Assembly: GCA_016208915.1 (NCBI GenBank)
Contig: JACQXE010000001.1
Span: 1 to 31,394, forward strand
DNA from: Nitrospirota bacterium
Lineage (GTDB): Bacteria > Nitrospirota > Thermodesulfovibrionia > Thermodesulfovibrionales > UBA1546
DNA length: 31,394 nucleotides
Direction of reading: 5' to 3'
Of this stretch, positions 1 to 9,862 are shown one piece after another. The notes beneath the pieces are model-generated. The model did no database searches. It was not told the origin of the DNA and was given only the letters and a program-made list of their open reading frames with translations. The position numbers and the translations under genes are program-made. Positions within the stretch are counted from its first letter, which is position 1. The number at the start of each line of letters is the position of its first letter.

Positions 1-45
1 CGTTAACTCCCTTTGACTCATCCCGATTATGTCCTTTCCTGCCAT
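1..45 (-). CDS. Start (15 codons, MAGKDIIGMSQRELT...) of an unidentified gene that runs off the window start
   Basis: On the minus strand, TAAGGAGG is followed 4 nt later by ATG (rc of 43-45); the frame stays open to position 1. A TATACT -10 element lies ~25 nt upstream. Too short to identify. Confidence 0.35.
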   Translation of the reverse strand, partial: MAGKDIIGMSQRELT

Positions 46-91
46 CTCGCCTCCTTACTAAAAAAGAGGCAGTATAGCACTTGTTGGATTA

Positions 92-128
92 GGACATTTC
101 TATTGTGGCAAAACCGGACATTTCTATT
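92..128. promoter_or_regulatory. Perfect 13-bp direct repeat GGACATTTCTATT x2 (92-104 and 116-128, 24-nt period), overlapping the -35 region of the minus-strand gene that starts at 45
   Basis: Exact repeat read directly in the sequence. Its position relative to TATACT and the RBS-ATG suggests an operator or activator site. Confidence 0.4.
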
Positions 129-630
129 TTGGTATTACATATCGGCCATTGCCGTGCTTAGCTTTTCTCTTGCTTAAATCCCCTATTTTTGGTATAAAAT
201 AATTAAGAAAGGGGAAAGGGTATTTGCCTGCCCTGTTTGTGATAGATGAAAATGTTGATCCGGCAAATTAGATCTTTGGGGAGTCTATGTAAGGAAAACG
301 GTGTGCATGCCCCGTATCAAATTGCGGGGAAGCCTAAAGTTTCCTTTAGGACACCCACCTATATTTCAGGCGGATCTAATTATTCATTTACACGGCAGGG
401 CGGGTTTATTATAGCGATCTGCTTTTTATTGCATATCGCTCTGAGGATAATCAGGCAGACTTTTATAATGGAAATCATGTTTCTTAAGGAAAATTCAGAT
501 AAAATAACGAAGGGAATTCTTAGGTTCAGATTTTTGAGCCATTCAGCAGAGGCATATCAGGATATATATTCCTGGTCTCTGTTCCCATCAGCCCCTTAAA
601 GAAACAATAACTCCATAATTCCTGCCTGAG

Positions 631-676
631 TGCATAAGAACCAGTTTCCCCGGTTTCTGTAGATTATTCTTATGCA
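631..676. repeat. Perfect 10-bp inverted repeat TGCATAAGAA / TTCTTATGCA with a 26-nt loop in the long rny upstream region
   Basis: Read directly; the loop contains a CCGG-centred sub-palindrome. Confidence 0.4.
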
Positions 677-760
677 TGCACGTATAAAAGGGTCAAGGTA
701 AAAAAAACAGCCTTGCCTTTTACTTAATAGAAGATAAAAAAATGAGGAGGATAATATCCA

Positions 761-2326
761 ATGCCTGATATATATTATTTAACACTTCTCGCCATTGGTG
801 TCGGAGCTGCTGTTGGTTTGCTCATGAGCATTCTTTACAGGAACACTCTCAAAAAACAGCAATTAACATTAGAAAAAGAAAAGGAAAAAGTTTTTGAAGA
901 GACAAAACGGGAGGCAGAGACCATCAAAAAAGAGGCTGCACTCCAGGCAAAAGATGTTGTCTATCAGGCAAAATCGGAAGTCGAAAAAGAATTGAGGGAA
1001 AGGCGTTCTGAACTTAACCAACTCGACAAAAGACTCAGGCAGAAAGAAGAGGTATTAGAGAGAAAACTTGATCAGATAGAGAAGAGAGAACACGAGTTCA
1101 ACAAACGTGACAGGGAATATAACAATAAAGAGCGGGCACTACAGGAAAAGGACAACCAGCACAACCAGATTCTAAAGGAACAAACCCTTCTGCTCGAAAA
1201 AATTTCAGGGATAAGCTCTGCAGATGCAAGACAGGAACTCTTCAAAAGAGTAGAAGAAGAGTCGCGTTTTGATGCAGCAAAACTTGCAAAAAAAATCGAA
1301 GATGAGGCAAAGGAAAACGGAGAGAAAAAGGCTAAAGAAACAATAAGCCTTGTTATACAGAGATATGCCAGTGAGTATGTGGCAGACGCCACGGCATCAG
1401 CAGTAAGCCTTCCCAATGATGAGATGAAAGGGAGAATAATAGGAAGGGAAGGAAGAAATATCAGGGCGCTCGAGGCAGTGACAGGCGTTGACTTTATCAT
1501 CGATGACACCCCTGAGGTTGTAACACTCTCATCATTTGACCCTGTGAGAAGAGAGATAGCACGGGTGTCGCTTGAAAGGCTTATCGCAGATGGAAGGATT
1601 CATCCGACGAGAATTGAAGAGATCGTTGAAAAGGCAAAAAAGGAGATCGAGATAAATATAAGGGAAGAAGGAGAAAAGGCTGTATTCGACCTTGGTCTTT
1701 CAGGAATCCATCCTGAGGTAATAAAGCTTTTAGGCAGACTAAAGTACAGAACATCTTATGGCCAGCAGGTGCTTCAGCACTCAAAGGAGGTCGCATATCT
1801 TGCAGGCATGATGGCAGGAGAGCTCGGCGTTGATGTCAGGCTTGCAAAGAGGTCAGGGCTGCTTCATGATATTGGCAAGGCTGTAGACCATGAATTCGAG
1901 GGTTCACATCAGGAGATCGGAGCAAATCTTGCCAAAAAACACGGAGAGAACCACAAGGTGGTAAATGCTATACTGGTTCACCATGGAGAAGGCGACCCAC
2001 TGACCCCTGAGGCTGCCCTGGTTGCCGCTGCTGATGCACTCTCTGCTGCAAGGCCGGGAGTAAGAAGAGAGAGCATTGAGAGCTATCTCAAGAGACTGGA
2101 GGCCCTCGAACAGATGGCAATGTCATATAAAGGTGTGGACAAATGTTATGCGATCCAGGCAGGAAGAGAGATAAGGATAATCGTTAAACCTGAAGACATG
2201 ACAGATGACATGTCAGCAGTAATATCCAAGGAACTTGCAAAAAAAATAGAGTCTGAGCTCACATATCCCGGACAGATAAAGGTTACTGTCATCAGAGAAT
2301 CAAGATACGTGGAATATGCGAAATAA
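761..2326 (+). CDS. rny: Ribonuclease Y
   Basis: N-terminal TM helix, long coiled-coil, KH motif ([11 protein letters not shown]) and HD motif (LLHDIGKA). AGGAGG RBS 11 nt upstream of the ATG. Confidence 0.95.
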   Translation: MPDIYYLTLLAIGVGAAVGLLMSILYRNTLKKQQLTLEKEKEKVFEETKREAETIKKEAALQAKDVVYQAKSEVEKELRERRSELNQLDKRLRQKEEVLERKLDQIEKREHEFNKRDREYNNKERALQEKDNQHNQILKEQTLLLEKISGISSADARQELFKRVEEESRFDAAKLAKKIEDEAKENGEKKAKETISLVIQRYASEYVADATASAVSLPNDEMKGRIIGREGRNIRALEAVTGVDFIIDDTPEVVTLSSFDPVRREIARVSLERLIADGRIHPTRIEEIVEKAKKEIEINIREEGEKAVFDLGLSGIHPEVIKLLGRLKYRTSYGQQVLQHSKEVAYLAGMMAGELGVDVRLAKRSGLLHDIGKAVDHEFEGSHQEIGANLAKKHGENHKVVNAILVHHGEGDPLTPEAALVAAADALSAARPGVRRESIESYLKRLEALEQMAMSYKGVDKCYAIQAGREIRIIVKPEDMTDDMSAVISKELAKKIESELTYPGQIKVTVIRESRYVEYAK

Positions 2327-2371
2327 CAAGGTGATACAAGATACAGGATGCAGGATACAGGATTAATATAC

Positions 2372-2406
2372 CATGCATCTTGAATCGTGAATCATGCATC
2401 TTGAAT
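2372..2406. repeat. Direct repeat CATGCATCTTGAAT x2 (2372-2385 and 2393-2406), ending directly at the ymdB start codon; preceded by ATACAGG/ATGCAGG heptamer repeats (2337-2362)
   Basis: Read directly in the rny-ymdB intergenic region. Confidence 0.4.
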
Positions 2407-2407
2407 T

Positions 2408-3190
2408 ATGAAAGTTCTTTTCATAGGCGACATCATTGGCAAGACAGGCAGAACAGTTCTCAAAACACTTCTGCCAAATCTTGTTGACAGATTCAAGATA
2501 GACATGGTAATTGCGAACGGTGAGAACGTTGCCGGTGGTTTTGGAGTAACAGACAAAACAGTCGCCGAGTTGCTGAATTATGGCGTCCATATAATCACAA
2601 GCGGCAATCACATCTGGGATAAAAAAGAATCCATTCCGTATATTGCAAAAGAAAGCAGGATATTAAGGCCTGCAAACTACCCTCCCGGCGTGCCTGGTTA
2701 CGGTAGCGTAATTCATACGCTTCAGAATGGCTTAAAGGTCGGAGTTATAAATCTCTCAGGCAGGGTATTTATGGCGCCAATTGATTGCCCTTTTCGAACA
2801 GGCAACGAAGAGATTAAAAAAATCAAAAAAGAATCTAATATTATTATAATTGATTTTCATGCAGAAGCAACCTCTGAAAAAATAGCGTTCGGCTATTATG
2901 TCGATGGCAAGGTAAGCGCAGTGGTTGGAACACATACGCATGTCCAGACAGCAGATGAAAAAATCCTTCCTGCCGGAACTGCATACATCACAGATGTAGG
3001 CATGACAGGCCCGTCAAATTCTGTCATAGGCATAGAAAAGGAGCAAATCATAGAACGTTTTTTAATGCATATGCCTATGAAATTTGAGATAGCAAAAGGG
3101 GAAAGCATCTTATCAGCAGTAGTTATAGAAGTTGATGAAAATACAGGAAAGTCAACTGCAATACAGAGGTTACAAATCAAATATCCTTAG
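2408..3190 (+). CDS. ymdB: YmdB-family metallophosphoesterase (2',3'-cyclic-nucleotide phosphodiesterase)
   Basis: Near-colinear match to YmdB signature blocks (MKVLFIGDIIG, ANGENVAGGFG, TSGNHIWDKKE, DFHAEATSEK, GTHTHVQTAD); conserved rny-ymdB pairing. Confidence 0.9.
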   Translation: MKVLFIGDIIGKTGRTVLKTLLPNLVDRFKIDMVIANGENVAGGFGVTDKTVAELLNYGVHIITSGNHIWDKKESIPYIAKESRILRPANYPPGVPGYGSVIHTLQNGLKVGVINLSGRVFMAPIDCPFRTGNEEIKKIKKESNIIIIDFHAEATSEKIAFGYYVDGKVSAVVGTHTHVQTADEKILPAGTAYITDVGMTGPSNSVIGIEKEQIIERFLMHMPMKFEIAKGESILSAVVIEVDENTGKSTAIQRLQIKYP

Positions 3191-3325
3191 CTTAAGCAGA
3201 ATATAATATTTGAGCGGCATTATTTTGCTGATATTCCAACAGTATTTTTAAAAATAATCGAGAGGCAAAATACCTCGGAGGGCGATAGCCCGAGAATGAG
3301 CGAAAATGCTATATCCTGCCTTAAT

Positions 3326-4558
3326 CTATTTTTTGAATATATTCGGTTCTCCGCCTTTTACAAATTGCAAGCTTATCAGACCGAGCAAAAAGAATAATGC
3401 CACTGAGAGTATTGCATATCGCTGGCTTCCAAAATAAGATGACACGCAGCCGAATAGTAAAGGCCCGAAAATAGCCGAAGACTTTCCTGCCATCGAATAT
3501 GCGCCAAAATATTCTGATTCATGCCCTATAGGAACAAACTGGGTGAAGAATGCCCTTGATGCAGCCTGAACAGTTCCAAGTCCAAGACCCGCAATAAATG
3601 CAACTATCCAGAACTGCAATTTTGTCTGGACAAGATACGCGATTATTGTTACAGCAGACCACAGAAATAATGACATGGTGACAACCTTCTTAGGCCCCCA
3701 TGAATCTATAGGTCTGGCCATAACAAATGCGCCAAGCAAAGCAGTTGTCTGAACAATAAGATAAAGCATTATCAGTTCCTGCGTATGAAATCCAATTGTG
3801 GTTGCAGCAAAGATACTCGAGAACACAATCACTGTATTTACACCGTCTTCGTATATCAGATAAGATATCAGAAACCTTCTTGTGTCCTTTTTTGACCATA
3901 TGTCTTTAAACGTATTCCATGTATATTTCAGACCTTTTGATGCTGAGTGTATTAATCCTGAATTTCCCCTCGTATCCTTCGGCAGAAACAAAAATGCAGG
4001 TATAGAAAAAACAGCAAAAAATCCTGCAACCATAATCCAGGTCAGGTCAAAATATCCCCTCTTAACCAATGGTATTGCAAAAAGCAAAGACAGTATCGAG
4101 CCAAGATAACCTATCCCATATCCCCATGCTGAGACCCTTCCCTGATATTTTTTTTCTGCAATATCAGGTAAAAATGAATTGTAAAATACGAATCCTCCCT
4201 CCATTCCAATGTTTGCTATAGTTGCAAGAATGAAACCTTCAATGACCATGCCTTTCTGAATCAGAGAAAATGATGCGACTGCAAAGATACATAAAAGGGT
4301 ATATATAAAAAGAAGTCTTTTCCTGATGCCTCCATAGTCTGCAATGCCGCCAAGCAGAGGGGATATCAAGACTACAAAGGCCATGCTTAAAGATATTGCT
4401 CTGCCCCACCATAAATCACCAAGCCCTGATTCATTTCCAACTATATAATTTGCATAATAGACAGGGAATATGACAGCGCTTATCACAGCAGAATAGCTTG
4501 AATTGGCAAAATCAAAAAAACACCAGCTAAGGATTTGTTTTTTATTTTTCAGAGGCAT
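3326..4558 (-). CDS. Major-facilitator-type membrane transporter (about 12 predicted TM segments)
   Basis: 410-aa highly hydrophobic protein with repeated helix pattern; last gene of the minus-strand etfB-etfA-fabD block. Confidence 0.6.
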   Translation of the reverse strand: MPLKNKKQILSWCFFDFANSSYSAVISAVIFPVYYANYIVGNESGLGDLWWGRAISLSMAFVVLISPLLGGIADYGGIRKRLLFIYTLLCIFAVASFSLIQKGMVIEGFILATIANIGMEGGFVFYNSFLPDIAEKKYQGRVSAWGYGIGYLGSILSLLFAIPLVKRGYFDLTWIMVAGFFAVFSIPAFLFLPKDTRGNSGLIHSASKGLKYTWNTFKDIWSKKDTRRFLISYLIYEDGVNTVIVFSSIFAATTIGFHTQELIMLYLIVQTTALLGAFVMARPIDSWGPKKVVTMSLFLWSAVTIIAYLVQTKLQFWIVAFIAGLGLGTVQAASRAFFTQFVPIGHESEYFGAYSMAGKSSAIFGPLLFGCVSSYFGSQRYAILSVALFFLLGLISLQFVKGGEPNIFKK

Positions 4559-4569
4559 ACAGTATTCCT

Positions 4570-5514
4570 TTAATCCTGAATCTCTTTTAATCCTACTATT
4601 GTCTTTTCAAGGCTTTCACTGTCTTCTACATTAAAAATTATCGTCTGAGGTTCGATTCTCTTAATAAGTCCTGAGAGAACCTTGCCGGGGCCGACTTCTA
4701 TAAATATCTTTACGCCTGACTCAAAAATTGTCTTTATGGAATCTTCCCATAAGACAGGGCTGTAAAGCTGTTTTAACAGAGATGCTTTTATGTCAGCAGC
4801 ATTATTTATAAATACTGCATCTGCATTGCTGACGATGGGGATCTCAGGGTTTTTCATCTCTATTTTTTCAAGAGACATAAATTCAGAGAGCTGATCAGAG
4901 GCTTCCCTCATGAGATTACAATGAGACGGAGCGCTCACTGACAATGGAAGCGCCCTCTTAGCACCGGCCTCTTTTGCACGATTTATTGCTTCTTTAACAG
5001 CACCCTTCTCACCTGCGATAACGATCTGGCCGGGACAGTTGTAATTAGCCGGGGCAACATAGCCGGAACTGACTGAAGAACATATAGCCTTCAGCTTTTC
5101 TTTATCCAATCCAAGAATTGCAGCCATGAGTCCTTTTCCCTCGGGGACGGCCTGTTGCATTAACTGACCGCGCTTTTCAGTGAGTTTTACAGCATATCTG
5201 AGCGGAAAAACTGAAGCTGCAACGAGCGCTGAATATTCTCCTAAGCTATGTCCCGCAACAACAGAAGGTGTTATCCCTCTCAATTTTAATACGGTATAAG
5301 CGGCAATACTTGCCACAAGAAGGCACGGTTGTGTTCTATAGGTTTTATTCAATTCTTCTGCTGGTTTATTAAAAGTTAAATCAGCAACATTATATCCTAG
5401 TGTATCAGAGGCTTCCCTGTAGAGAGATTTTACCTCTTTAAAATGCTCATACAGGTCTTTGCCCATTCCGACATATTGTGAGCCTTGGCCTGGGAATACA
5501 AAGGCAAGTTTCAT
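4570..5514 (-). CDS. fabD: Malonyl-CoA:ACP transacylase
   Basis: FPGQGSQ and GHSLGEY active-site motifs; 314 aa. Confidence 0.9.
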   Translation of the reverse strand: MKLAFVFPGQGSQYVGMGKDLYEHFKEVKSLYREASDTLGYNVADLTFNKPAEELNKTYRTQPCLLVASIAAYTVLKLRGITPSVVAGHSLGEYSALVAASVFPLRYAVKLTEKRGQLMQQAVPEGKGLMAAILGLDKEKLKAICSSVSSGYVAPANYNCPGQIVIAGEKGAVKEAINRAKEAGAKRALPLSVSAPSHCNLMREASDQLSEFMSLEKIEMKNPEIPIVSNADAVFINNAADIKASLLKQLYSPVLWEDSIKTIFESGVKIFIEVGPGKVLSGLIKRIEPQTIIFNVEDSESLEKTIVGLKEIQD

Positions 5515-6710
5515 GCTTTTAGCTCTTTAATCTTCTTTATCAAAAGAGGCAGCACTTCAAAAATGTCGCCGACTATTCCGTACGTTGCAACATTAAATAT
5601 AGGCGCCTCAGGATTTTTATTGATCGCAATAATGATATCTGACGACTGCATGCCGACAAGGTGCTGCACAGCGCCTGATATGCCGCAGGCGATATATATC
5701 TTTGGGCATACTGTCTTGCCTGTCTGGCCTACCTGATGACTGTATGGTATCCAGCCTTCATCAACCGCTGCCCTCGATGCGCCAACAGTCCCGCCCAAAC
5801 TTTCAGCAAGTTCTGTAAGAAGCTCAAATCCCTTTGTGCCGCCAATGCCTCTGCCTCCTGCAATAATTATATCCGCCTCCTGAAGATTTACTTTGCATTC
5901 TGAGGTCTCTTTTACAGTCTCTATTACCTTGGTCCTACAGGCAAGATTTTCTGCGTTAACAGCTATGAGCTCACCCTTTCTGTCGGGATTATACTCTCCT
6001 TTTTTCATAACCCTTGGTCTTACCGTAGCTATTTGGGGCCGATAATTAGGACAGAGTATTGTTGCCATTATATTCCCGCCGAATGCAGGACGGATCTGAA
6101 GGAGATTGCCTGTTTCCTTTTCTATCTCGAGTGATGTGCAGTCTGCAGTAAGGCCGGTTCTTAATCTCGCTGCGACCCTCGGAATAAATGAGCGGCCGAT
6201 CAGCGTAGCACCTGCAAGGACAATCGCAGGCTTATAGTCATTAATAAGCCTGACGAGAAGTTTGGAGTATGGCTCGTCATTAAATTTTTCAAAGATAGTA
6301 TCTTTCGCATGATAAACTTTATCTGCTCCCCACTTTATAAGCTCATGCGCATTATTTTCAGCAGCGCCAAATAATACAGCAGAGAGTTCTGCTCTAAGTT
6401 CATCTGCAAGCCTTCTTCCTACACCGAGCAGTTCAAGAGAAACAGATGCTAAATCTTTCTCCCTCTGTTCAGCAAATATCCATACGCCTTTATAGGCTGA
6501 GGGCTGATAGCTGATTGCTGATTGCTGTGTGCCTTCTTCTGGTATTTCTTTTATCGCTCCTTCCGGACACGCTGTTATACATGCCATGCATATCTGGCAA
6601 TATTCATTGATAAAAGCCTTGCCATCTTTGATCTCAATAGCAGTAAACGGGCATACACTAACGCATGTCTCACAACCATTACATTTGTCTCTGTTAATTA
6701 TTACAGACAT
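5511..6710 (-). CDS. etfA: Electron transfer flavoprotein alpha subunit with N-terminal 2x[4Fe-4S] ferredoxin domain (FixB-like)
   Basis: Two CxxCxxCxxxCP clusters in the first 60 aa, followed by an EtfA FAD-binding domain. Start overlaps etfB end; stop overlaps fabD start. Confidence 0.85.
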   Translation of the reverse strand: MSVIINRDKCNGCETCVSVCPFTAIEIKDGKAFINEYCQICMACITACPEGAIKEIPEEGTQQSAISYQPSAYKGVWIFAEQREKDLASVSLELLGVGRRLADELRAELSAVLFGAAENNAHELIKWGADKVYHAKDTIFEKFNDEPYSKLLVRLINDYKPAIVLAGATLIGRSFIPRVAARLRTGLTADCTSLEIEKETGNLLQIRPAFGGNIMATILCPNYRPQIATVRPRVMKKGEYNPDRKGELIAVNAENLACRTKVIETVKETSECKVNLQEADIIIAGGRGIGGTKGFELLTELAESLGGTVGASRAAVDEGWIPYSHQVGQTGKTVCPKIYIACGISGAVQHLVGMQSSDIIIAINKNPEAPIFNVATYGIVGDIFEVLPLLIKKIKELKA

Positions 6711-7483
6711 CTCATTCCCTTTAACTCTTCTATAAGCTGGCCTATCTGTTCTTCGATGCTTCCATTTAAAGGCTTTCTGTCTTTCCTTGCCTCTGGAGCA
6801 AAGATGTTCTTTACCTGTGTGGGTGAGCCTTTCAGTCCTGTGTCTTTTTCATCGACATCCAGATCAGTATGTCCCCATTTTTTAATCTCTGCCTTTTTAG
6901 CAGCTATTTTCCCTTTTAAAGAAGGAAGCCTTGGCTGATTAAGTTCCTTCACAACTGTTAATAGCACCGGCAGAGTTGATTCGACAATGTCATAGCCCTC
7001 ATCCATCATTCGCTGAACCCTTATTAAATCAGGTTTTACCTGCTCAATCTTTCTTATATATGCAATATGCGGGATATTAAGGAACTCTGCTATTTCTGGC
7101 CCAACTTGCGCTGTATCGCCATCTATTGCCTGTTTGCCGCATATGATTATATCTGCGCTTATCTTTGATATTGCCTTTGAGAGTGTATATGCAGTTGCCC
7201 ATGTGTCAGAGCCTGCGAATGCCTTATCGCTTAAAAGCACTGCCTCATCAGCTCCCATTGAAATTACCTCTCTCAATGCAGACTCTGACTGCGGAGGACC
7301 CATAGTAAGCACAGTAACCTTACCACCTGCATTTTCCTTTATATGCAGTCCTGCCTCGACTGCATGCATGTCATAAGGGTTGATTATCGTAGGAACACCA
7401 TCCCTTATTAAGGTGTTGGTCTCAGGATTAATCCTTACTTCTGCCGAATCAGGCACCTGTTTTATGCAGACGACAATGTTCAT
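6701..7483 (-). CDS. etfB: Electron transfer flavoprotein beta subunit (FixA-like)
   Basis: MNIVVCIKQVPD... EtfB N-terminal signature; 260 aa. Confidence 0.85.
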   Translation of the reverse strand: MNIVVCIKQVPDSAEVRINPETNTLIRDGVPTIINPYDMHAVEAGLHIKENAGGKVTVLTMGPPQSESALREVISMGADEAVLLSDKAFAGSDTWATAYTLSKAISKISADIIICGKQAIDGDTAQVGPEIAEFLNIPHIAYIRKIEQVKPDLIRVQRMMDEGYDIVESTLPVLLTVVKELNQPRLPSLKGKIAAKKAEIKKWGHTDLDVDEKDTGLKGSPTQVKNIFAPEARKDRKPLNGSIEEQIGQLIEELKGMRCL

Positions 7484-7530
7484 GATTCCTTTTTTTGAAT
7501 TTAGTCTTGCATCGAATGATACAGAGAGTA

Positions 7531-7560
7531 ATTATACGATTTTAACAGGAGTGGTGTAAA
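7531..7560 (-). promoter_or_regulatory. Putative sigma-70 promoter for the etfB-etfA-fabD-MFS operon (TTTACA, 18-nt spacer, TATAAT)
   Basis: Consensus-like hexamers read on the minus strand ~45 nt upstream of the etfB ATG. Confidence 0.4.
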
Positions 7561-7562
7561 GG

Positions 7563-8927
7563 CTAAGCGCTTATATCTGTTGGTCCGATAAGAAGGCTCG
7601 GAGTTCCGATATTCCCATAAAATCTCAGGTCATCCCCTATTGCTTCTATCTTGCTGAAGAGGCTGAGCATGTCGCCTGATATAACTGCCTCTTTCACCGG
7701 AAATTTAACCTTACCTCTTTCTATCCACAACCCTGAAACGCCTACGGAAAATTCTCCTGATATGGGATTTGCAGTGTGCACCCCCATTGCCTCAGTTATA
7801 TAAAGACCATTATCAAGAGAATTTAACAAACTGATGAACGGCATAACATCAGATGCGCTCACAGCGCTTATAGAAAGATTTGTTATACCTACTGAAGGCA
7901 GCCCGGAATATCCGCCTCTTACTGCATTGCCTGTAGAGTTGACGCCTGCCTTTTTTGCAGTATATGTATTGTGCAGATAATGCTGGAGAATTCCCTCTCT
8001 TATCAAGACCTTTTCTGATGTTGCGACTCCTTCACCGTCAACAGGCACTGTCCCAAGTCTGCGGGGCGTAATTCCGCTGTCAACAATATTTATTCCTGAA
8101 GCCATTACCTTATGACCTATCTTGTCCTTTAGCAGAGACCTTCCCTTCTGAACTGATTCTGCTGAGAGCGATGATGCTAATATGCCTAAGAATTCTGATA
8201 CCACAGAATTATCCAATATGACAGGAACCTTTGCCGTGCTGATCTTTCTTGAACCAAGCAACTGCACAGCCCTTTTTGCGGCATTTCTTCCTATCTCATC
8301 GAATGACAGATCTTTTAAAAATCTGCTCCCGTTAAAATCCCATCCCATCTGTCCCTCTCCGTTTTCCTCAGCAACAGCCATCACCTGAGCTATACACTTT
8401 GTGTATGGATAGAATATGTCAACTCCATTTGAGTTTAGTACATAAATCTCTCCATTTGTGAACGTGGCTGATGCCTTTCTTATCTTTTTTATCCTGTTGT
8501 CAAAATCCTTTGCTGCCTTTTCTATTGTAAGTACATATGTTATCGCCTCTTCTTCCTTCAGGGCTTCTATTTCCTTGTCAAATATCTCAAGGCTATCTAA
8601 TCGCCCTGTACCTAAAGCCTCATGCCTGCTGTTTGACGGCAGACCAAGATATTCATCTGCATCACTCCACTCTGACGATTCGATCGCATTCTTTACGACT
8701 GTTCCTGTCTCGGAATCTGATGTCGAATAGGAAAATCCAAGTCTCTGGTTCTTTATAATACGGAGGGAATAGCCAAAGCTTAATGATGACTCAACTGCAT
8801 CTATCTCCTGATTCTTTACCTCCAAGGTGAGACTGCCGGCTGATTTAAGATACACCTCTGCCTGTTCTGCACCGCTTTTGAGTGCAAGCGAGATGACTTC
8901 AGATGCAAATTCCCTCTTATCCCTCAT
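7563..8927 (-). CDS. TldD/PmbA-family metallopeptidase (U62)
   Basis: Full-length TldD/PmbA-like protein. Start placed at the internal Met (MRDKREF), because the longer ORF would overlap queD by 68 nt. Confidence 0.8.
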   Translation of the reverse strand: MRDKREFASEVISLALKSGAEQAEVYLKSAGSLTLEVKNQEIDAVESSLSFGYSLRIIKNQRLGFSYSTSDSETGTVVKNAIESSEWSDADEYLGLPSNSRHEALGTGRLDSLEIFDKEIEALKEEEAITYVLTIEKAAKDFDNRIKKIRKASATFTNGEIYVLNSNGVDIFYPYTKCIAQVMAVAEENGEGQMGWDFNGSRFLKDLSFDEIGRNAAKRAVQLLGSRKISTAKVPVILDNSVVSEFLGILASSLSAESVQKGRSLLKDKIGHKVMASGINIVDSGITPRRLGTVPVDGEGVATSEKVLIREGILQHYLHNTYTAKKAGVNSTGNAVRGGYSGLPSVGITNLSISAVSASDVMPFISLLNSLDNGLYITEAMGVHTANPISGEFSVGVSGLWIERGKVKFPVKEAVISGDMLSLFSKIEAIGDDLRFYGNIGTPSLLIGPTDISA

Positions 8928-9288
8928 AATATGTTGCTGATGCCGAATCCGATTCCCATACTGTAACAGCAGACATCTGGACATGCTCGTTTTGAAGCTT
9001 TTTGTTCATTGAATCATAAATCCATTTAGCTACATTTTCTGACGATGGATTTTTTTCTGTGAAAGGGAATATATCATTCAAAAACGAATGATCCAGCGGC
9101 TCTAAAATCTCGTTCTGAAGTTTTTTCAGATCATGGAAATCGATTGCTATATCTATATCATTGAGTCTTTCAGCCAATACATGCACCTGAACTTTCCAGT
9201 TATGCCCATGCATCTGTTCGCATTTTCCTTTGTATCCTCTCAATTGATGTGCAGCAGAAAAGGTTGTCTCCACCATTAGTTCAAACAT
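8917..9288 (-). CDS. queD: 6-carboxy-5,6,7,8-tetrahydropterin synthase (QueD)
   Basis: 123 aa with the Zn-binding CxxxHGH motif (CEQMHGHNW) and EXXH context typical of QueD/PTPS. Confidence 0.85.
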   Translation of the reverse strand: MFELMVETTFSAAHQLRGYKGKCEQMHGHNWKVQVHVLAERLNDIDIAIDFHDLKKLQNEILEPLDHSFLNDIFPFTEKNPSSENVAKWIYDSMNKKLQNEHVQMSAVTVWESDSASATYYEG

Positions 9289-9316
9289 ATAAGTATCCCT
9301 GCCTCCTTATTCCGTA

Positions 9317-9838
9317 TCACTTGGTCTTTTTAAATATCGATATGTACGGAAGGTTTCTGAATTTGTTGTCGTAATCGAGACCGTAACCTACCACATATTC
9401 ATTTGGTATCTCGAAGCCTACATAGTCTATCGGCACTTCTACCACTCTTTTCTCTTTCTTATCGAGAAAAGCGCATATTTTAAGACTCCTTGGACCCCTT
9501 GCGAGCACCCTCTCTCTTATATAATTGAGAGTTATGCCTGAGTCAATAATATCCTCTATCAGAAGCACATCTTTGTCTCTTATGTCTTCCCTTATATCGT
9601 AATAGACCTTAACTTCTCCTGTCGTGCTTGTTTTCAGATAGCTTGAGGCTATTATAAAGTCAACAGACAGGGGAACGTTTATCATCCTGACAATATCAGA
9701 GTAAAACATAAACGCTCCCTTCAGTATACCAACAGCCAGAAGATTCTTACCTTCATAGTCCGCAGATATCCTGTCAGCAAGTTCTCTTACTCTGTTCTGA
9801 AGCTGTTCGACTGTGAAAAACGGCTTTTCTATTACCAT
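9317..9838 (-). CDS. hpt: Hypoxanthine-guanine phosphoribosyltransferase
   Basis: PRPP-binding motif VLLIEDIIDSGITL; 173 aa. Confidence 0.9.
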   Translation of the reverse strand: MVIEKPFFTVEQLQNRVRELADRISADYEGKNLLAVGILKGAFMFYSDIVRMINVPLSVDFIIASSYLKTSTTGEVKVYYDIREDIRDKDVLLIEDIIDSGITLNYIRERVLARGPRSLKICAFLDKKEKRVVEVPIDYVGFEIPNEYVVGYGLDYDNKFRNLPYISIFKKTK

Positions 9839-9862
9839 TGCATCCTCCTCGTCTTTAACTTT

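Noticed and set aside
246-599. 117-aa plus-strand ORF upstream of rny
   Set aside because: Low-complexity, no RBS, lies in a hairpin-rich noncoding region, and no recognisable domains. Treated as noncoding.
636-665. ACAGAAACCGG motif on the minus strand, reminiscent of the RNase P RNA P4 3' strand
   Set aside because: A full RNase P RNA would have to extend into the rny coding region, and no matching 5' P4 strand (GGAAAGUCCGG) is present.
1072-1509. Antisense ORFs inside large genes (1072-1509 -, 15177-15881 +, 16671-17039 -, 18384-19025 +, 22634-23014 -, 26862-27179 - and similar)
   Set aside because: They lie entirely within well-supported CDSs on the opposite strand, with biased low-complexity composition; typical shadow ORFs.
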